From the NCBI GenBank assembly GCA_046290465.1, contig JBKAGP010000001.1, forward strand, positions 3,488,001 through 3,552,000: a stretch of 64,000 bases of DNA. Direction: 5' to 3'. The translations under genes and the position numbers were made by a program. Positions within the stretch are counted from its first letter, which is position 1, and each line of letters begins with the position of its first letter. Below are positions 30,706 to 40,157 of this stretch, piece after piece. The notes below the pieces were generated by a model. That model searched no databases, was not told the origin of the DNA, and worked only from the letters and a program-made list of their open reading frames with translations. The stretch comes from Planctomycetota bacterium (GTDB lineage Bacteria > Planctomycetota > UBA1135 > UBA2386).

Positions 30706-31779
30706 ATGGCGACCCCCAACAGCACGCTCGAGCTGACCCCACGCGGCAAGGTCGTGCTGTGGCTGGCGGGCCTCGCCAGCGGCGCGGCCTGGCTCGGTGG
30801 CGACGGCAACGCGCGGCTGGCCGCGGCGATGCTCGCCGCGCCGATCGTGGTCGACTTCGTCGCCAAGCAGCGCCGCCTGCACTTCACCAGGATCCGCGTC
30901 GCGCCGCGCACCACCACCGCCGGCGCGATCTACAACGAGAGCGTCGTCGTCGAACACTGCGGTCGCCGGCCGCTGCGCCACTGCCAGCTGTACGAGCCGC
31001 GCTCGATGCGCGGCGAGGCCCCGACGCTGCTGCCGACGCTGACGCCGTTCGCGGAGCAACGGGTCGAGATGCGCCAGCGCAGCATGGTGCGCAGCCACGT
31101 GCTCGAGCGCGTGTTCATCCTCGAGTCGCAGTGGCCGCTCGGCATGTTCGCGACCCGATCGGTCGTCAGCGCCGACGCCGAACTGATCACCGAGCCGGCG
31201 CGCGTGCCGCTGCGCGCCGACGTGTTCGACGCCGCCGCCGAGGCCGAGGTCTCGCCGATCGATCGCTCGCAGCTGCCGGGCCCCGAGTTCTACGCGCTGC
31301 GCGAACACAGCGTCGACGAGGACGCGCGCGGCGTGCACGCGCTGCGCAGCGCCGCGATGGGCACGCTGGTGCGCCGCGTCACCCGAGGGCGCATGCCACG
31401 CATGATCGGCGTGGTGCTGGACCTGCGGCGCGCCCCGGGCACGCCGCGCGGTCGCGGCCTGCGCCGCTGCGAGTGGAGCCTCGGCGCCTGCGCGACGCTG
31501 GTGCACGAACTGCACCGACGCGGCTCCGAAGTACGCGTGCTGGTGCTCGACGCGACGCCCGAGTCGTTCGACGTGCGCGGCCCGGCACAGCTGACCGAAC
31601 TGATGACGCTGCTGTCCGAGGCCAGCCTTGCTTCGAACGCGCCGGTCGCCGACGAACTGCTCGAAGGGCTCGAGGCGCTGGTGCACTGCTACTGGATCCC
31701 GGCCGGCGGCTACCTGCGCGCGCCCGAACTCCAGGCGCTGCCCGGCCGCGTCACGCTGCTCGAGGAGGAACGCGAATGA
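30706..31779 (+). CDS. DUF58 domain protein
   Basis: WPLGMF, EFYALREH..DEDAR.VH..RSA; located between MoxR and transglutaminase genes. Confidence 0.85.
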   Translation: MATPNSTLELTPRGKVVLWLAGLASGAAWLGGDGNARLAAAMLAAPIVVDFVAKQRRLHFTRIRVAPRTTTAGAIYNESVVVEHCGRRPLRHCQLYEPRSMRGEAPTLLPTLTPFAEQRVEMRQRSMVRSHVLERVFILESQWPLGMFATRSVVSADAELITEPARVPLRADVFDAAAEAEVSPIDRSQLPGPEFYALREHSVDEDARGVHALRSAAMGTLVRRVTRGRMPRMIGVVLDLRRAPGTPRGRGLRRCEWSLGACATLVHELHRRGSEVRVLVLDATPESFDVRGPAQLTELMTLLSEASLASNAPVADELLEGLEALVHCYWIPAGGYLRAPELQALPGRVTLLEEERE

Positions 31780-33776
31780 CCGCGCGCGATCCGGCCCCGC
31801 GCGGCCTGCGCCGCTTCGCCACCGTGTGCATGTTCGCGGCGACGATCCTGGCCCTCGCCAACCTGCCCGGCGACGAGCTGCCGGTCCCGTGGCTGCTCGC
31901 GTTCACGCTGCCCGGCGCGATCCTCGGCGGCTGGTCGCGACTCGCGCGGTCGCCGTGGCGGCGCGCGGCGATCGCCGTGATCCTGCAGGCGGGCGCCTGC
32001 TGGGCCGCGCTCGAGTGGGTCGGGCCGATGACCAGGCCGGCCGCGCTGGCCTGCACCATCCTGCCGCCGCTGGCGTTCGCCACCGCGCGCAACCACGACG
32101 CCGACCCGTCGCTGGCGCTGTTCCTGAGCTTCTGCGTGCTGCTGGTCGGGATCATCCTCGACGGCCTGCACATCCCGCTGCTGCTCGGCTACGGCGCCGC
32201 GGCGTTCCTGTCGCTGCACGGCGCGACGCTGCTGCACAGCTACCGCACCAGCACGCCGCGCAAGCAGCCGGCGCCGCTGCGCGCACTCGACGTCAACGCC
32301 GTCAGCCTGATGGTGATGTCGTGCATCCTCGCGGTGTTCGCGATCGACCGCACGCTCAGCTGCCTGCCGTCGCCGAGCCGCGGCAGCACGTCGACGGCCG
32401 ACGGCGGCGACTTCGCTGGCAACGATCGCGAGGTCGGCCTCGACGACACGTTCTCGTTCGACGGCACCGGCGGTGTGCTGTCGGAGCTGCGCGGAGAGCA
32501 GCTGGTGCGCGCCGAGAGCCCCGACGGCCCGGTGTCCGACCGGATGTACCTGCGCTGCGGCTTCTTCACCGTGCCCGGCCTCGACCGCTGGGACATCGGC
32601 CAGCTCAACCTGCGGCCGCAGTCGTCCAGCGACGGCCACGTGTTCCGCCGGCCCTCGCGCTTCGCGGCGACCAACACGCTGGTCGTCGAACGCTACGCCG
32701 GCGCAGCCAAGTTCGTATTCCTGCCGCCGCACACCACGCAGGTGCGCGGCCTCGAGGACCTGGTCGTCGACACGCGCCGCGAGTGGATCCGGCCGCGCTC
32801 GCCCAACTCCGAGCCATACGAAGTGCTGTGGCAGGAGTTCGCGCCGCTACCGGCGGGCGCCCAGGTCGACCGGCGCGCGCGGCTGCTCGGCATGCTGAGC
32901 CTGCCGCCCCGGCTCGACCGTGTGCCGTTCGAAGAACTGCTGTCGAAGTGGCGGGTCGGCCGCGATCCGATGCAGGCGATGGAGGCGCTGGCCGACGGCC
33001 TCGCCCGCCACTGCCGCTACGACCGCAGCGCGCCGATCGGCCCCTACCCGCACGAACTCGAGAACTTCCTGTTCGCCGACGAGGACCGCCACGGCTACTG
33101 CATGCACTTCGCGTCGGCGGCCGCACTGATGCTGCGCATGCGCGGCATCCCGTGCCGCATCGGCGTCGGCCTCTACGGTGGCGAACCGAGCCGCGAAGGT
33201 CCCGACGTGCGCATCTACGGCTCGCAGCACGCGCACGCGTGGGTCGAGGTGCCGTTCGAAGGTCGCGGCTACGTGATCTTCGACCCGACGCCGCCGGGCG
33301 CACGCGGCCGCAGCTTCGTGCCCGACTCACGCCCGGCGATCGAGTCCGACCCCGACGTCGAGGTCGAGCGGCCGTTCTTCGAACCGGCGGTACGCGCGGT
33401 CACCGACGTCGTCACGACGCCGTGGACCTGGGCGATCGTGCTCGGCGCGGTGCTGCTGCTCGCGGTGTTGCCGCGGCGGGCCCCCAAGCCGCCGGAGCGC
33501 GCCTACGCCAACGTCGCACCGAAGGCGCGGCGCGCCCTGCAGAAGCTGATGCGCGCGCTGGCCCACGCCGGCCATCGCCGCGGCCACGGCCAGACGCTGG
33601 AGCTGTTCGCCCAGGATCTGGACCAACGCGCGCGGCTGCAGCCGGAGGTCAAGGCCGCGTTCGCCGCCTACCAGGAGGTCCGGTTCGGCGGCCGCGAGTT
33701 CGACGACGAACACGCGTCGACGATGGAGCAGGGCATCCGCGCCGCCGTGGCGATGCAGCCGCCGGCGCCCGAGTAG
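31776..33776 (+). CDS. Membrane transglutaminase-like (TgpA-type) protein
   Basis: N-terminal TM bundle; GYCMHFASA (Cys), HAWVEV (His), FDPTP (Asp); ATGA overlap with DUF58. Confidence 0.88.
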   Translation: MTARDPAPRGLRRFATVCMFAATILALANLPGDELPVPWLLAFTLPGAILGGWSRLARSPWRRAAIAVILQAGACWAALEWVGPMTRPAALACTILPPLAFATARNHDADPSLALFLSFCVLLVGIILDGLHIPLLLGYGAAAFLSLHGATLLHSYRTSTPRKQPAPLRALDVNAVSLMVMSCILAVFAIDRTLSCLPSPSRGSTSTADGGDFAGNDREVGLDDTFSFDGTGGVLSELRGEQLVRAESPDGPVSDRMYLRCGFFTVPGLDRWDIGQLNLRPQSSSDGHVFRRPSRFAATNTLVVERYAGAAKFVFLPPHTTQVRGLEDLVVDTRREWIRPRSPNSEPYEVLWQEFAPLPAGAQVDRRARLLGMLSLPPRLDRVPFEELLSKWRVGRDPMQAMEALADGLARHCRYDRSAPIGPYPHELENFLFADEDRHGYCMHFASAAALMLRMRGIPCRIGVGLYGGEPSREGPDVRIYGSQHAHAWVEVPFEGRGYVIFDPTPPGARGRSFVPDSRPAIESDPDVEVERPFFEPAVRAVTDVVTTPWTWAIVLGAVLLLAVLPRRAPKPPERAYANVAPKARRALQKLMRALAHAGHRRGHGQTLELFAQDLDQRARLQPEVKAAFAAYQEVRFGGREFDDEHASTMEQGIRAAVAMQPPAPE

Positions 33777-33786
33777 ACGCGACGGG

Positions 33787-34785
33787 TCAGCGGGCGCGCG
33801 GCCAGCAGAACTCGAGGCCGATGCGGTCGCCGTCGTGCTCGCAGCGCAGGTCACCGCCGAGACGCCGCTGCAGGAACGCCGCGGTCAGGATCGCGTCGTA
33901 GGAACCGGCACCACGGGCGACGTCGGCGATCGCGCCCGATCGCATGCCGACGACCCCGGCGACGGTTTCGGCGCGCGTGCGGTCGACGCCGGTCGCATCA
34001 CAACGCGCGACGACGCAATCGCGCAAACGCCCTTCGGGGCAGCTCAGCGTGCGCTCCACGACCTCGAACCGCATCGTCGCCGCACCGATTTCGATCAGCA
34101 TGTGCAGCCCTTCCATCACCGCCTGCACGACCTCGACCGTGACGACGCGCACGTCGGGCAGGCCGTCCGGGACCGCCACCTCGAGTTCGATCCCGGCATG
34201 CTCGATGGTCTTGCGAACGACCGCGAGCGCGTCGTCGATCAGCGCACCGGCGGCGACCCGTTCGCGACGGGCCGGGGTGCGCACCAGGATGCGCGCCAAC
34301 ACCCCCGCCATGCGGGCACCGATCTTGGTGCCCTGCTCGAGATCGAGCAGGCTCTCGCGGTCGGCGTCGGTCCGCGCGTAGATCCCGAGCTGCGCCGACA
34401 GCGCCAGCACCGCGTTGAACTGGTTGTTGAGATCGTGCGACAGGCTCGCCGCCATGTTGCCGAGCGCGCGGCAGCGCACCGAGGCCAACACCGTCGCGGC
34501 GCGATGCTCGCGGTCGGTGACGTCCCGCGCGACCAGCCAGCCCTGGCCGTCGACTTCGTATCGCTGCAGCTCCCAGGCCTCGTCGTCGGTCAACATCACG
34601 ACGGGGTCTCCGGCGTCGAGGTCGGCGCGGTCGCCGTCGGCGAGCGGCAGCGCGTCGAGCGTGCCACCGAACTTCGAGGACCATGCCGCCATCGCGCCGG
34701 ACACCCCGGTCAGGGCACCGTTGGCGGCGACCAGCGCAACGGCGTCACGGACGCACGCCGAGGGCACGGACGAGGGCGGAGGCAT
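33787..34785 (-). CDS. Histidine-kinase-like protein with intact H-box and degenerate ATPase domain
   Basis: LGNMAASLSHDLNNQF H-box; no recognisable N, G1 or G2 boxes. Confidence 0.65.
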   Translation of the reverse strand: MPPPSSVPSACVRDAVALVAANGALTGVSGAMAAWSSKFGGTLDALPLADGDRADLDAGDPVVMLTDDEAWELQRYEVDGQGWLVARDVTDREHRAATVLASVRCRALGNMAASLSHDLNNQFNAVLALSAQLGIYARTDADRESLLDLEQGTKIGARMAGVLARILVRTPARRERVAAGALIDDALAVVRKTIEHAGIELEVAVPDGLPDVRVVTVEVVQAVMEGLHMLIEIGAATMRFEVVERTLSCPEGRLRDCVVARCDATGVDRTRAETVAGVVGMRSGAIADVARGAGSYDAILTAAFLQRRLGGDLRCEHDGDRIGLEFCWPRAR

Positions 34786-34818
34786 GCCGACCTTGTAGCA
34801 GACGCGACCTGCGCGGCC

Positions 34819-36090
34819 TCACCGCACCGCGGTCAATCGCGCGCGACCGCGATCCAGCGTGACGCGGCAGCGGCTCAGCAGATCGATGCCAAGCACGCCG
34901 TGCACCGGGAAGACCTCGGCCCTGCCACGGTTTACGACCGGCAGCGTGACCTGCAGGAAGCGCGCGTCCGAGCAGCGCAGCACGAGATCTCGCACTTCTT
35001 TTACGGCCACCAGGCCGCCGCCGACCGTTCGCACGCGCCGGAACGACGGCACCGCGCGCTCGTCGCCACCGGGGATCCGCGACAGGCCGAGCGCGGTCAG
35101 GCTCGAATGGCTCGCGCCGGTGTCGAGCACGAACCACAACCGCGCGCCCTCGACCACCACCGGCACCAGGCAGCGCCCCTCGGCGCGCACGCACTGCACC
35201 GACTGCTGCACCGGCAGCCCGTGCGGCAGCGCCAGCACCACGCCGCCGCGTTCGGGGTCGACGGTCAGGCGGCAGGCGCCCAGCAGGTCGAGGCCGAGCA
35301 CGCCGCGGGGCACGCGCTCGGGGCCGCCGTGCAGGTCACGCAGCTTGAGCGCGCCGTCGGCGACCACCAGCACCGGCACGGCGCCGATGTCGACGTTGCC
35401 GACACGGAACTGCGGCAACAGCCCGACCTCGATCGGCAGGCGCCGACCGGCTCCGTCCAGCGCCTCGCCAGCGCGGCGCCGGCTGCGCACCCCGAGCTCG
35501 TCGGCGAAGCTCGCCGCGACCGTCGTCATCGACGTGCCGGTGTCGATCGCGAACGGACGCAGCCGGTCTTTCGTGCCGCAGACGAACTCCGGAACCTGCC
35601 CCGGCAGCAGCGGCTGCTCGGTCAAGAGCGGTCCGGAGAACCGCCGCACGAACGGCAACGCCGACGAGATCACCGCAAACGCGCGGCGCCGTTCGGCGTG
35701 TTCTGCCAGTGCGCCGGCGAGCAGCGGCGTCGAGCTCTCGCCCCAACGCCCCGACTGGAACAGCTGGTCGCCGAGCTGCCCGCGCAGATCGGCGACCAGG
35801 TCGTCGTCGCCGTCCGCCCGCGCCAGCCGGATCGCCGCCATGCGTTCCTGCACCGCCAGGTCGTCGTTCCACGTCAGGTCGGCGAGCAGCGCGCTCCACT
35901 GGGCCGCGCGGGTGTGCCGCGGATCCCGCTGGCGCGCCTCGACGACCAGTTCGCGCGCCTCGTCGAGACGGCCTTCGCCGAGCGCCTTCGACGCCAGCGC
36001 CAGCTGCTCGTCGATCGTGCGCAGCGCGCCGCGACCGACACAGGCCGACAGCAGCGCACACGCGAGCAGCCCTGCGGACGCGCGGCGCAT
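34819..36090 (-). CDS. Lipoprotein with TPR-like region and two retropepsin-like aspartyl protease domains
   Basis: Lipobox LSAC; FAIDTGTS, FVLDTGAS, GVLGLDLL, GVLGIDLL. Confidence 0.85.
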   Translation of the reverse strand: MRRASAGLLACALLSACVGRGALRTIDEQLALASKALGEGRLDEARELVVEARQRDPRHTRAAQWSALLADLTWNDDLAVQERMAAIRLARADGDDDLVADLRGQLGDQLFQSGRWGESSTPLLAGALAEHAERRRAFAVISSALPFVRRFSGPLLTEQPLLPGQVPEFVCGTKDRLRPFAIDTGTSMTTVAASFADELGVRSRRRAGEALDGAGRRLPIEVGLLPQFRVGNVDIGAVPVLVVADGALKLRDLHGGPERVPRGVLGLDLLGACRLTVDPERGGVVLALPHGLPVQQSVQCVRAEGRCLVPVVVEGARLWFVLDTGASHSSLTALGLSRIPGGDERAVPSFRRVRTVGGGLVAVKEVRDLVLRCSDARFLQVTLPVVNRGRAEVFPVHGVLGIDLLSRCRVTLDRGRARLTAVR

Positions 36091-38771
36091 CAGTTGGTGG
36101 TGATCTGGATCGAACGGCTGGTCACCTGCCGCACGCCCGCCTCGATCAGGTCGATCGACTGCGCGTAGGCGACGAAGTCCCCGAACACGTCGGGCGACAC
36201 GATGTCGACTTCGCCGAACCAGGCCGTCACCGTCAACGTGTAGGTGCGTCCGGCGACCAGCGGCGTCTCGGCCTCGGTCGGCAGCGTCACGAACGTGAAG
36301 TCCGGCTGGTCGGGCCGCACCAGCACCTCCCACAGCAGCAGGTCGCTGCCGGTCTCCGAACGCAGCTCGACCTTGCCGCCGAGGCTGCCCGCCGGCAGCG
36401 AGAACTGCACCTCGAACCCCGTCGCCGGCACCGTCGCCCCCGGCAGCGGCCCGGTCAGCGTCGGGAACGGTTGGAACGCGAACCCGGTGGTCGGCGTCAC
36501 GGCCAGGTCGATCATCGAGTGGTGCGACGACGTCACCCCGCCCGCCGACGTCTCCCCGCCGAGCAGCGCCAGCCAGACCTCGCCGGCGGCGAGCGGCGGC
36601 AGGCCGAACAAGAGGTCGCTGCCGGACGCGCTGACCGAGCCGTCGATGCCGCGCGCGACGTCGACGACGCCGGCGTCCGCCACCTCCTGGCCGAGCGACA
36701 GCGTCAGCGTGTTGGGGTCGACCTCGGCCGGAGCGCTGGTCAGGGCACCGCCGAGCGTGAACGTCGTCACCGGCACCAGCGAGACCGGCGCGCCGAACGC
36801 CCCGCCCGCACCTTCGACCACGCCCTCGCGCAGGTCGGCGCGGATCGCCGCCTTCTGCAGCGTGTCCCGGCCGCCCGGACTGGTGAACTCGACCAGCGCG
36901 AGGTTGCCGCCCGCGAGCGGCAGGCCGACGCGGAAGTCGTCCTGCGTCGTCGCGATATCGATGTCGATCGGCACCGAGGACTGGATCGGCATGCCCTCGA
37001 CGACCGCATCCCACAGCTCCTGCCGGGTGATCCGCCGCGTGACGCGGGTCGCGTGCGACGCGGCCGGGTCGACGTTGGCGACGTTGCCGGTGATGTAGCC
37101 GTGGCGATCGAACCTGCCGAGCGGCTGACGCAGCACGCGGCGCATCGGGAACTCGAGGTGATCCGAACTCGGCAGTTCGACCGTGAAGCCGTGCGTGATC
37201 GTGAAGCCGTCGCGCGACGTGCGCACCGTCGCGGTGCCGCGCTTGTTGAAGCCGCGATCGGCGAACAGTTGGCCGTTCTCGCGGGTCTCGCCGACGTAGC
37301 CCTCGCCGGCGAACTCACCCTGCACGACGTCCGCGAACTCGACCGGCCCGCCGCCGATGCTGTCGCAGACGTAGCCGCGCGAGCTGCGCGTGCCCTGGAA
37401 CCACGGCCGATCGAACAAGAACTGGTAGCTGTCGAGCGAGCGACGACCGAACGCCAGGAAGCCGACCTGCTGGCCGTAGTACGACTCGACCCGGTTGCGG
37501 CGGCGCCCTTCCTGGTAGCCGAAGAAGCCGGCCGGCACGTCCTCGAAGGTCACCCGGCCGTCGGCATCGCTGACGCCGAACAGCGCCACGTCGCCGCGCA
37601 GGCTGCTGATCCGCGCCGGCTGGAACACGTCGGCACGCGCCCGCACGATCTGCTGCACGCGCACGTTGCCGGCCCGCACGGTGTCGAGCAGCAAGTCGCC
37701 GAGATCCTGTTGCGTCGCGCTGAACGGCGCGGTCTGCGTCGCGACCACCGGCAGCCAGGTCGCCCCGGCGAACACCTCGACCGTCGCGTCGCGCGGCGTG
37801 CCGTCCCCGAGCGTCGCCGGCACGCCGTCGATCAAGAACGAGCCGTCGCCGGCCGTCGACGCGTAGCGGTGGTCGACCTTGACCATCGCCTGTGACACCG
37901 GGTTACCGTCGACGTCGACGACGAAGCCGGTGACCGTTCGCGGCGTGACGCCGACGCCGAACGCATACAGGCCGCCCCGGGTGATCGCACCGAGCACCTG
38001 CAGGCGACCGCCCGACGCCGTCGCGAACGCCACCGGCCGCCACTCGCCGGTCTCGTCGTCGAGCCAGAACAGCTGCGCGTTCGGCGTGGTGATCGACAGG
38101 TCGTCGGGCACGTCGAGGTCGATGCCCGGCGTGAACGTCATCTCCTTGGGACCGATGTAGTAGCCGCGACCGAACAGGCGCGTGCCCGACGACCCGCTGA
38201 GCGGCAGGTCCCCCGGCAGGTGTTGCGCAGCCAGCTCTCCGAGCCCGACCCGCACCGTGACCGAACCGCCGACGACCGACGGCGGCGCCAGCGCGGTCGT
38301 GCCGAACGGGATCGTCAGCACCGCGCCGCTGGTCGAGGTGATCGTGCTGGTGCCGCCCTGCGAGCCGTTGCCGATCACGACGCTGGCTGCGTCGGGCTGG
38401 TCGGGCACGTGCAGCGGCATCGGCAGGTCGGTGTCGAGCACCGACAGCGCCACCCGGTAGCCACCGAGGGTGTCCCCATCGCTCGCCGCCGCCCACGACG
38501 GGTCGACGTCGAACAGCACGCGGCCGCGCGGTTCGGCGTAGAAGTCGCCGCGGCCGTTGCGACCGGTCACCGCGCGCGTCGTGCTGCCGGTGACGGTCAC
38601 CGTCGCCGACACGACCCCACGATTCTGGTCGTCGAGCAGCAGCACCCGCGTGCTGGCGTCGGGCAGCCGCGGCAGCCTCGGACCGATGTCGCTGCCCTCC
38701 CCGGCACAGGCAGAGAGCACCACGAACAGCGAGGCAGCGACCAGGTCGCGCCGACGAACCACACCCGTCAT
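36090..38771 (-). CDS. Large multidomain lipoprotein (carboxypeptidase-regulatory-like and ZU5-like beta domains)
   Basis: Lipobox LSAC; GFVVDVDGNPVSQA, LFWLDDETGEW. Confidence 0.75.
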   Translation of the reverse strand: MTGVVRRRDLVAASLFVVLSACAGEGSDIGPRLPRLPDASTRVLLLDDQNRGVVSATVTVTGSTTRAVTGRNGRGDFYAEPRGRVLFDVDPSWAAASDGDTLGGYRVALSVLDTDLPMPLHVPDQPDAASVVIGNGSQGGTSTITSTSGAVLTIPFGTTALAPPSVVGGSVTVRVGLGELAAQHLPGDLPLSGSSGTRLFGRGYYIGPKEMTFTPGIDLDVPDDLSITTPNAQLFWLDDETGEWRPVAFATASGGRLQVLGAITRGGLYAFGVGVTPRTVTGFVVDVDGNPVSQAMVKVDHRYASTAGDGSFLIDGVPATLGDGTPRDATVEVFAGATWLPVVATQTAPFSATQQDLGDLLLDTVRAGNVRVQQIVRARADVFQPARISSLRGDVALFGVSDADGRVTFEDVPAGFFGYQEGRRRNRVESYYGQQVGFLAFGRRSLDSYQFLFDRPWFQGTRSSRGYVCDSIGGGPVEFADVVQGEFAGEGYVGETRENGQLFADRGFNKRGTATVRTSRDGFTITHGFTVELPSSDHLEFPMRRVLRQPLGRFDRHGYITGNVANVDPAASHATRVTRRITRQELWDAVVEGMPIQSSVPIDIDIATTQDDFRVGLPLAGGNLALVEFTSPGGRDTLQKAAIRADLREGVVEGAGGAFGAPVSLVPVTTFTLGGALTSAPAEVDPNTLTLSLGQEVADAGVVDVARGIDGSVSASGSDLLFGLPPLAAGEVWLALLGGETSAGGVTSSHHSMIDLAVTPTTGFAFQPFPTLTGPLPGATVPATGFEVQFSLPAGSLGGKVELRSETGSDLLLWEVLVRPDQPDFTFVTLPTEAETPLVAGRTYTLTVTAWFGEVDIVSPDVFGDFVAYAQSIDLIEAGVRQVTSRSIQITTN

Positions 38772-38798
38772 GCGCGAGATGCTACCCGTTCGCCCCGC

Positions 38799-40157
38799 CT
38801 ACTTCCTGCGCGTGCCGCTGCGCGGACGCTGCGCGAAGCGGTCCGGCTCGGGCGGGGTCGCGACCCGGCTGCGCGCGCCGTCGGCCGAGATCGAGCGGAC
38901 CCCGACCACGACATCGTCGAGGCAGACGCCGGGCATGCGCGCCAGCATCCGGCCCGAACGCGTCGGCTTCGGATCGGCCTCCGCCATCGACATCACGTGG
39001 GTCCAGTCGGCCTCGATCGTCTCCCGCCAGACGAACTCGCAGCGGCTCACGCCGTCGGGCAGCTTGTAGACCACCAGCGTGTCGTAGGCATCACGCGCCA
39101 GCCGCGCATTGCTGACCAGCGGCGGTGCCGGCGCCGACGCCAGCTCCGACAGCGTCGCCACGACCACGCGCGCGACGTTGGCCGAGTAGGCGAAGTTGGC
39201 GTAGTCCGGCAGGTCGCCGTAGGGCTTGCCGTCCTTCGGGCGAACGTTCTGGTGCTGCCGCGAGAAGTCCTCGCGCGGCTCGGTCATCCGCACCGACGGG
39301 TAACCCTGGTCGAAGAACGAGCGGTGGTCGCCACCGCGGCCGTAGCGGTCGCCGCGGTAGATCAGCTTGACGTCGAAGCCGTCGACGTAGCGACGGCCTC
39401 CGCGGCTGACGGCGCGCGCCAGGCTGCGGCCGAAGCTGTCGTTGCCGGTCGGCGCGTAGCTGAAGCAGCGCACGAAGCCGTCGTAGGTCTTGCCGTCCAT
39501 GCCGGTGGTGTTGCCGACGATGTCGCAGGTGATCATGCCGTCGACCCTGGCGCCGGCGTCGGCCAGGAACTGCGCGTGCGCCTTGGAGCCGAGCAGCCCC
39601 TGCTCCTCGCCGTCGTAGGCGACGAACAGCACCGTCGCGGGGAACGACCGCGTCGCCATCACGCGCGCCGCTTCGAGCGCGACCGCCGTGCCCGAGGCAT
39701 CGTCGACCGCGCCCGGCGCGGCGTTCTTGCCGTCGGCACCGTCGCTGTTGCGCGAGTCGTAGTGGCCGCCGACGACGTAGATGCGCGCCGGATCAGTGGC
39801 GCCGCGCAGCGTCGCGACGACGTTGACGACCTCGACCTCGCGCGGCATGCCGTTGCGCAGGCACGGCACCTTCGCCTTCTGCAGGCGAACGGTCATGCGA
39901 CCGCCGCTGGTGGCGGCGATCTTCTGGTACTCCGCCTCGAGCCAACGCCGCGCCGCGCCCGTGCCCTCGGTGTCGCTGTCGGTGCGCGACAGCACGTGGC
40001 GGGTGCCGAAGCTGCACAGCTTGCGCACCGTCGCCTCGATCCGCGCGGCGTCGACCTCCTGGACCGCCTCGGCGATGCGGGCCCGGATCGGGTCCTGCGC
40101 GTGGGCGACTGCGGCGAGCGTGGCCGCGAGAACGACACCGAGACGATCGTGGATCAT
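38799..40157 (-). CDS. Secreted M28 family peptidase
   Basis: GGHYDS, GAVDDASG, DGEEQGLLGS, GGDHRSF. Confidence 0.88.
   Translation of the reverse strand: MIHDRLGVVLAATLAAVAHAQDPIRARIAEAVQEVDAARIEATVRKLCSFGTRHVLSRTDSDTEGTGAARRWLEAEYQKIAATSGGRMTVRLQKAKVPCLRNGMPREVEVVNVVATLRGATDPARIYVVGGHYDSRNSDGADGKNAAPGAVDDASGTAVALEAARVMATRSFPATVLFVAYDGEEQGLLGSKAHAQFLADAGARVDGMITCDIVGNTTGMDGKTYDGFVRCFSYAPTGNDSFGRSLARAVSRGGRRYVDGFDVKLIYRGDRYGRGGDHRSFFDQGYPSVRMTEPREDFSRQHQNVRPKDGKPYGDLPDYANFAYSANVARVVVATLSELASAPAPPLVSNARLARDAYDTLVVYKLPDGVSRCEFVWRETIEADWTHVMSMAEADPKPTRSGRMLARMPGVCLDDVVVGVRSISADGARSRVATPPEPDRFAQRPRSGTRRK

Noticed and set aside
29754..33776. MoxR-DUF58-transglutaminase cluster as a novel system
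   Set aside because: A well-known, widespread gene triad
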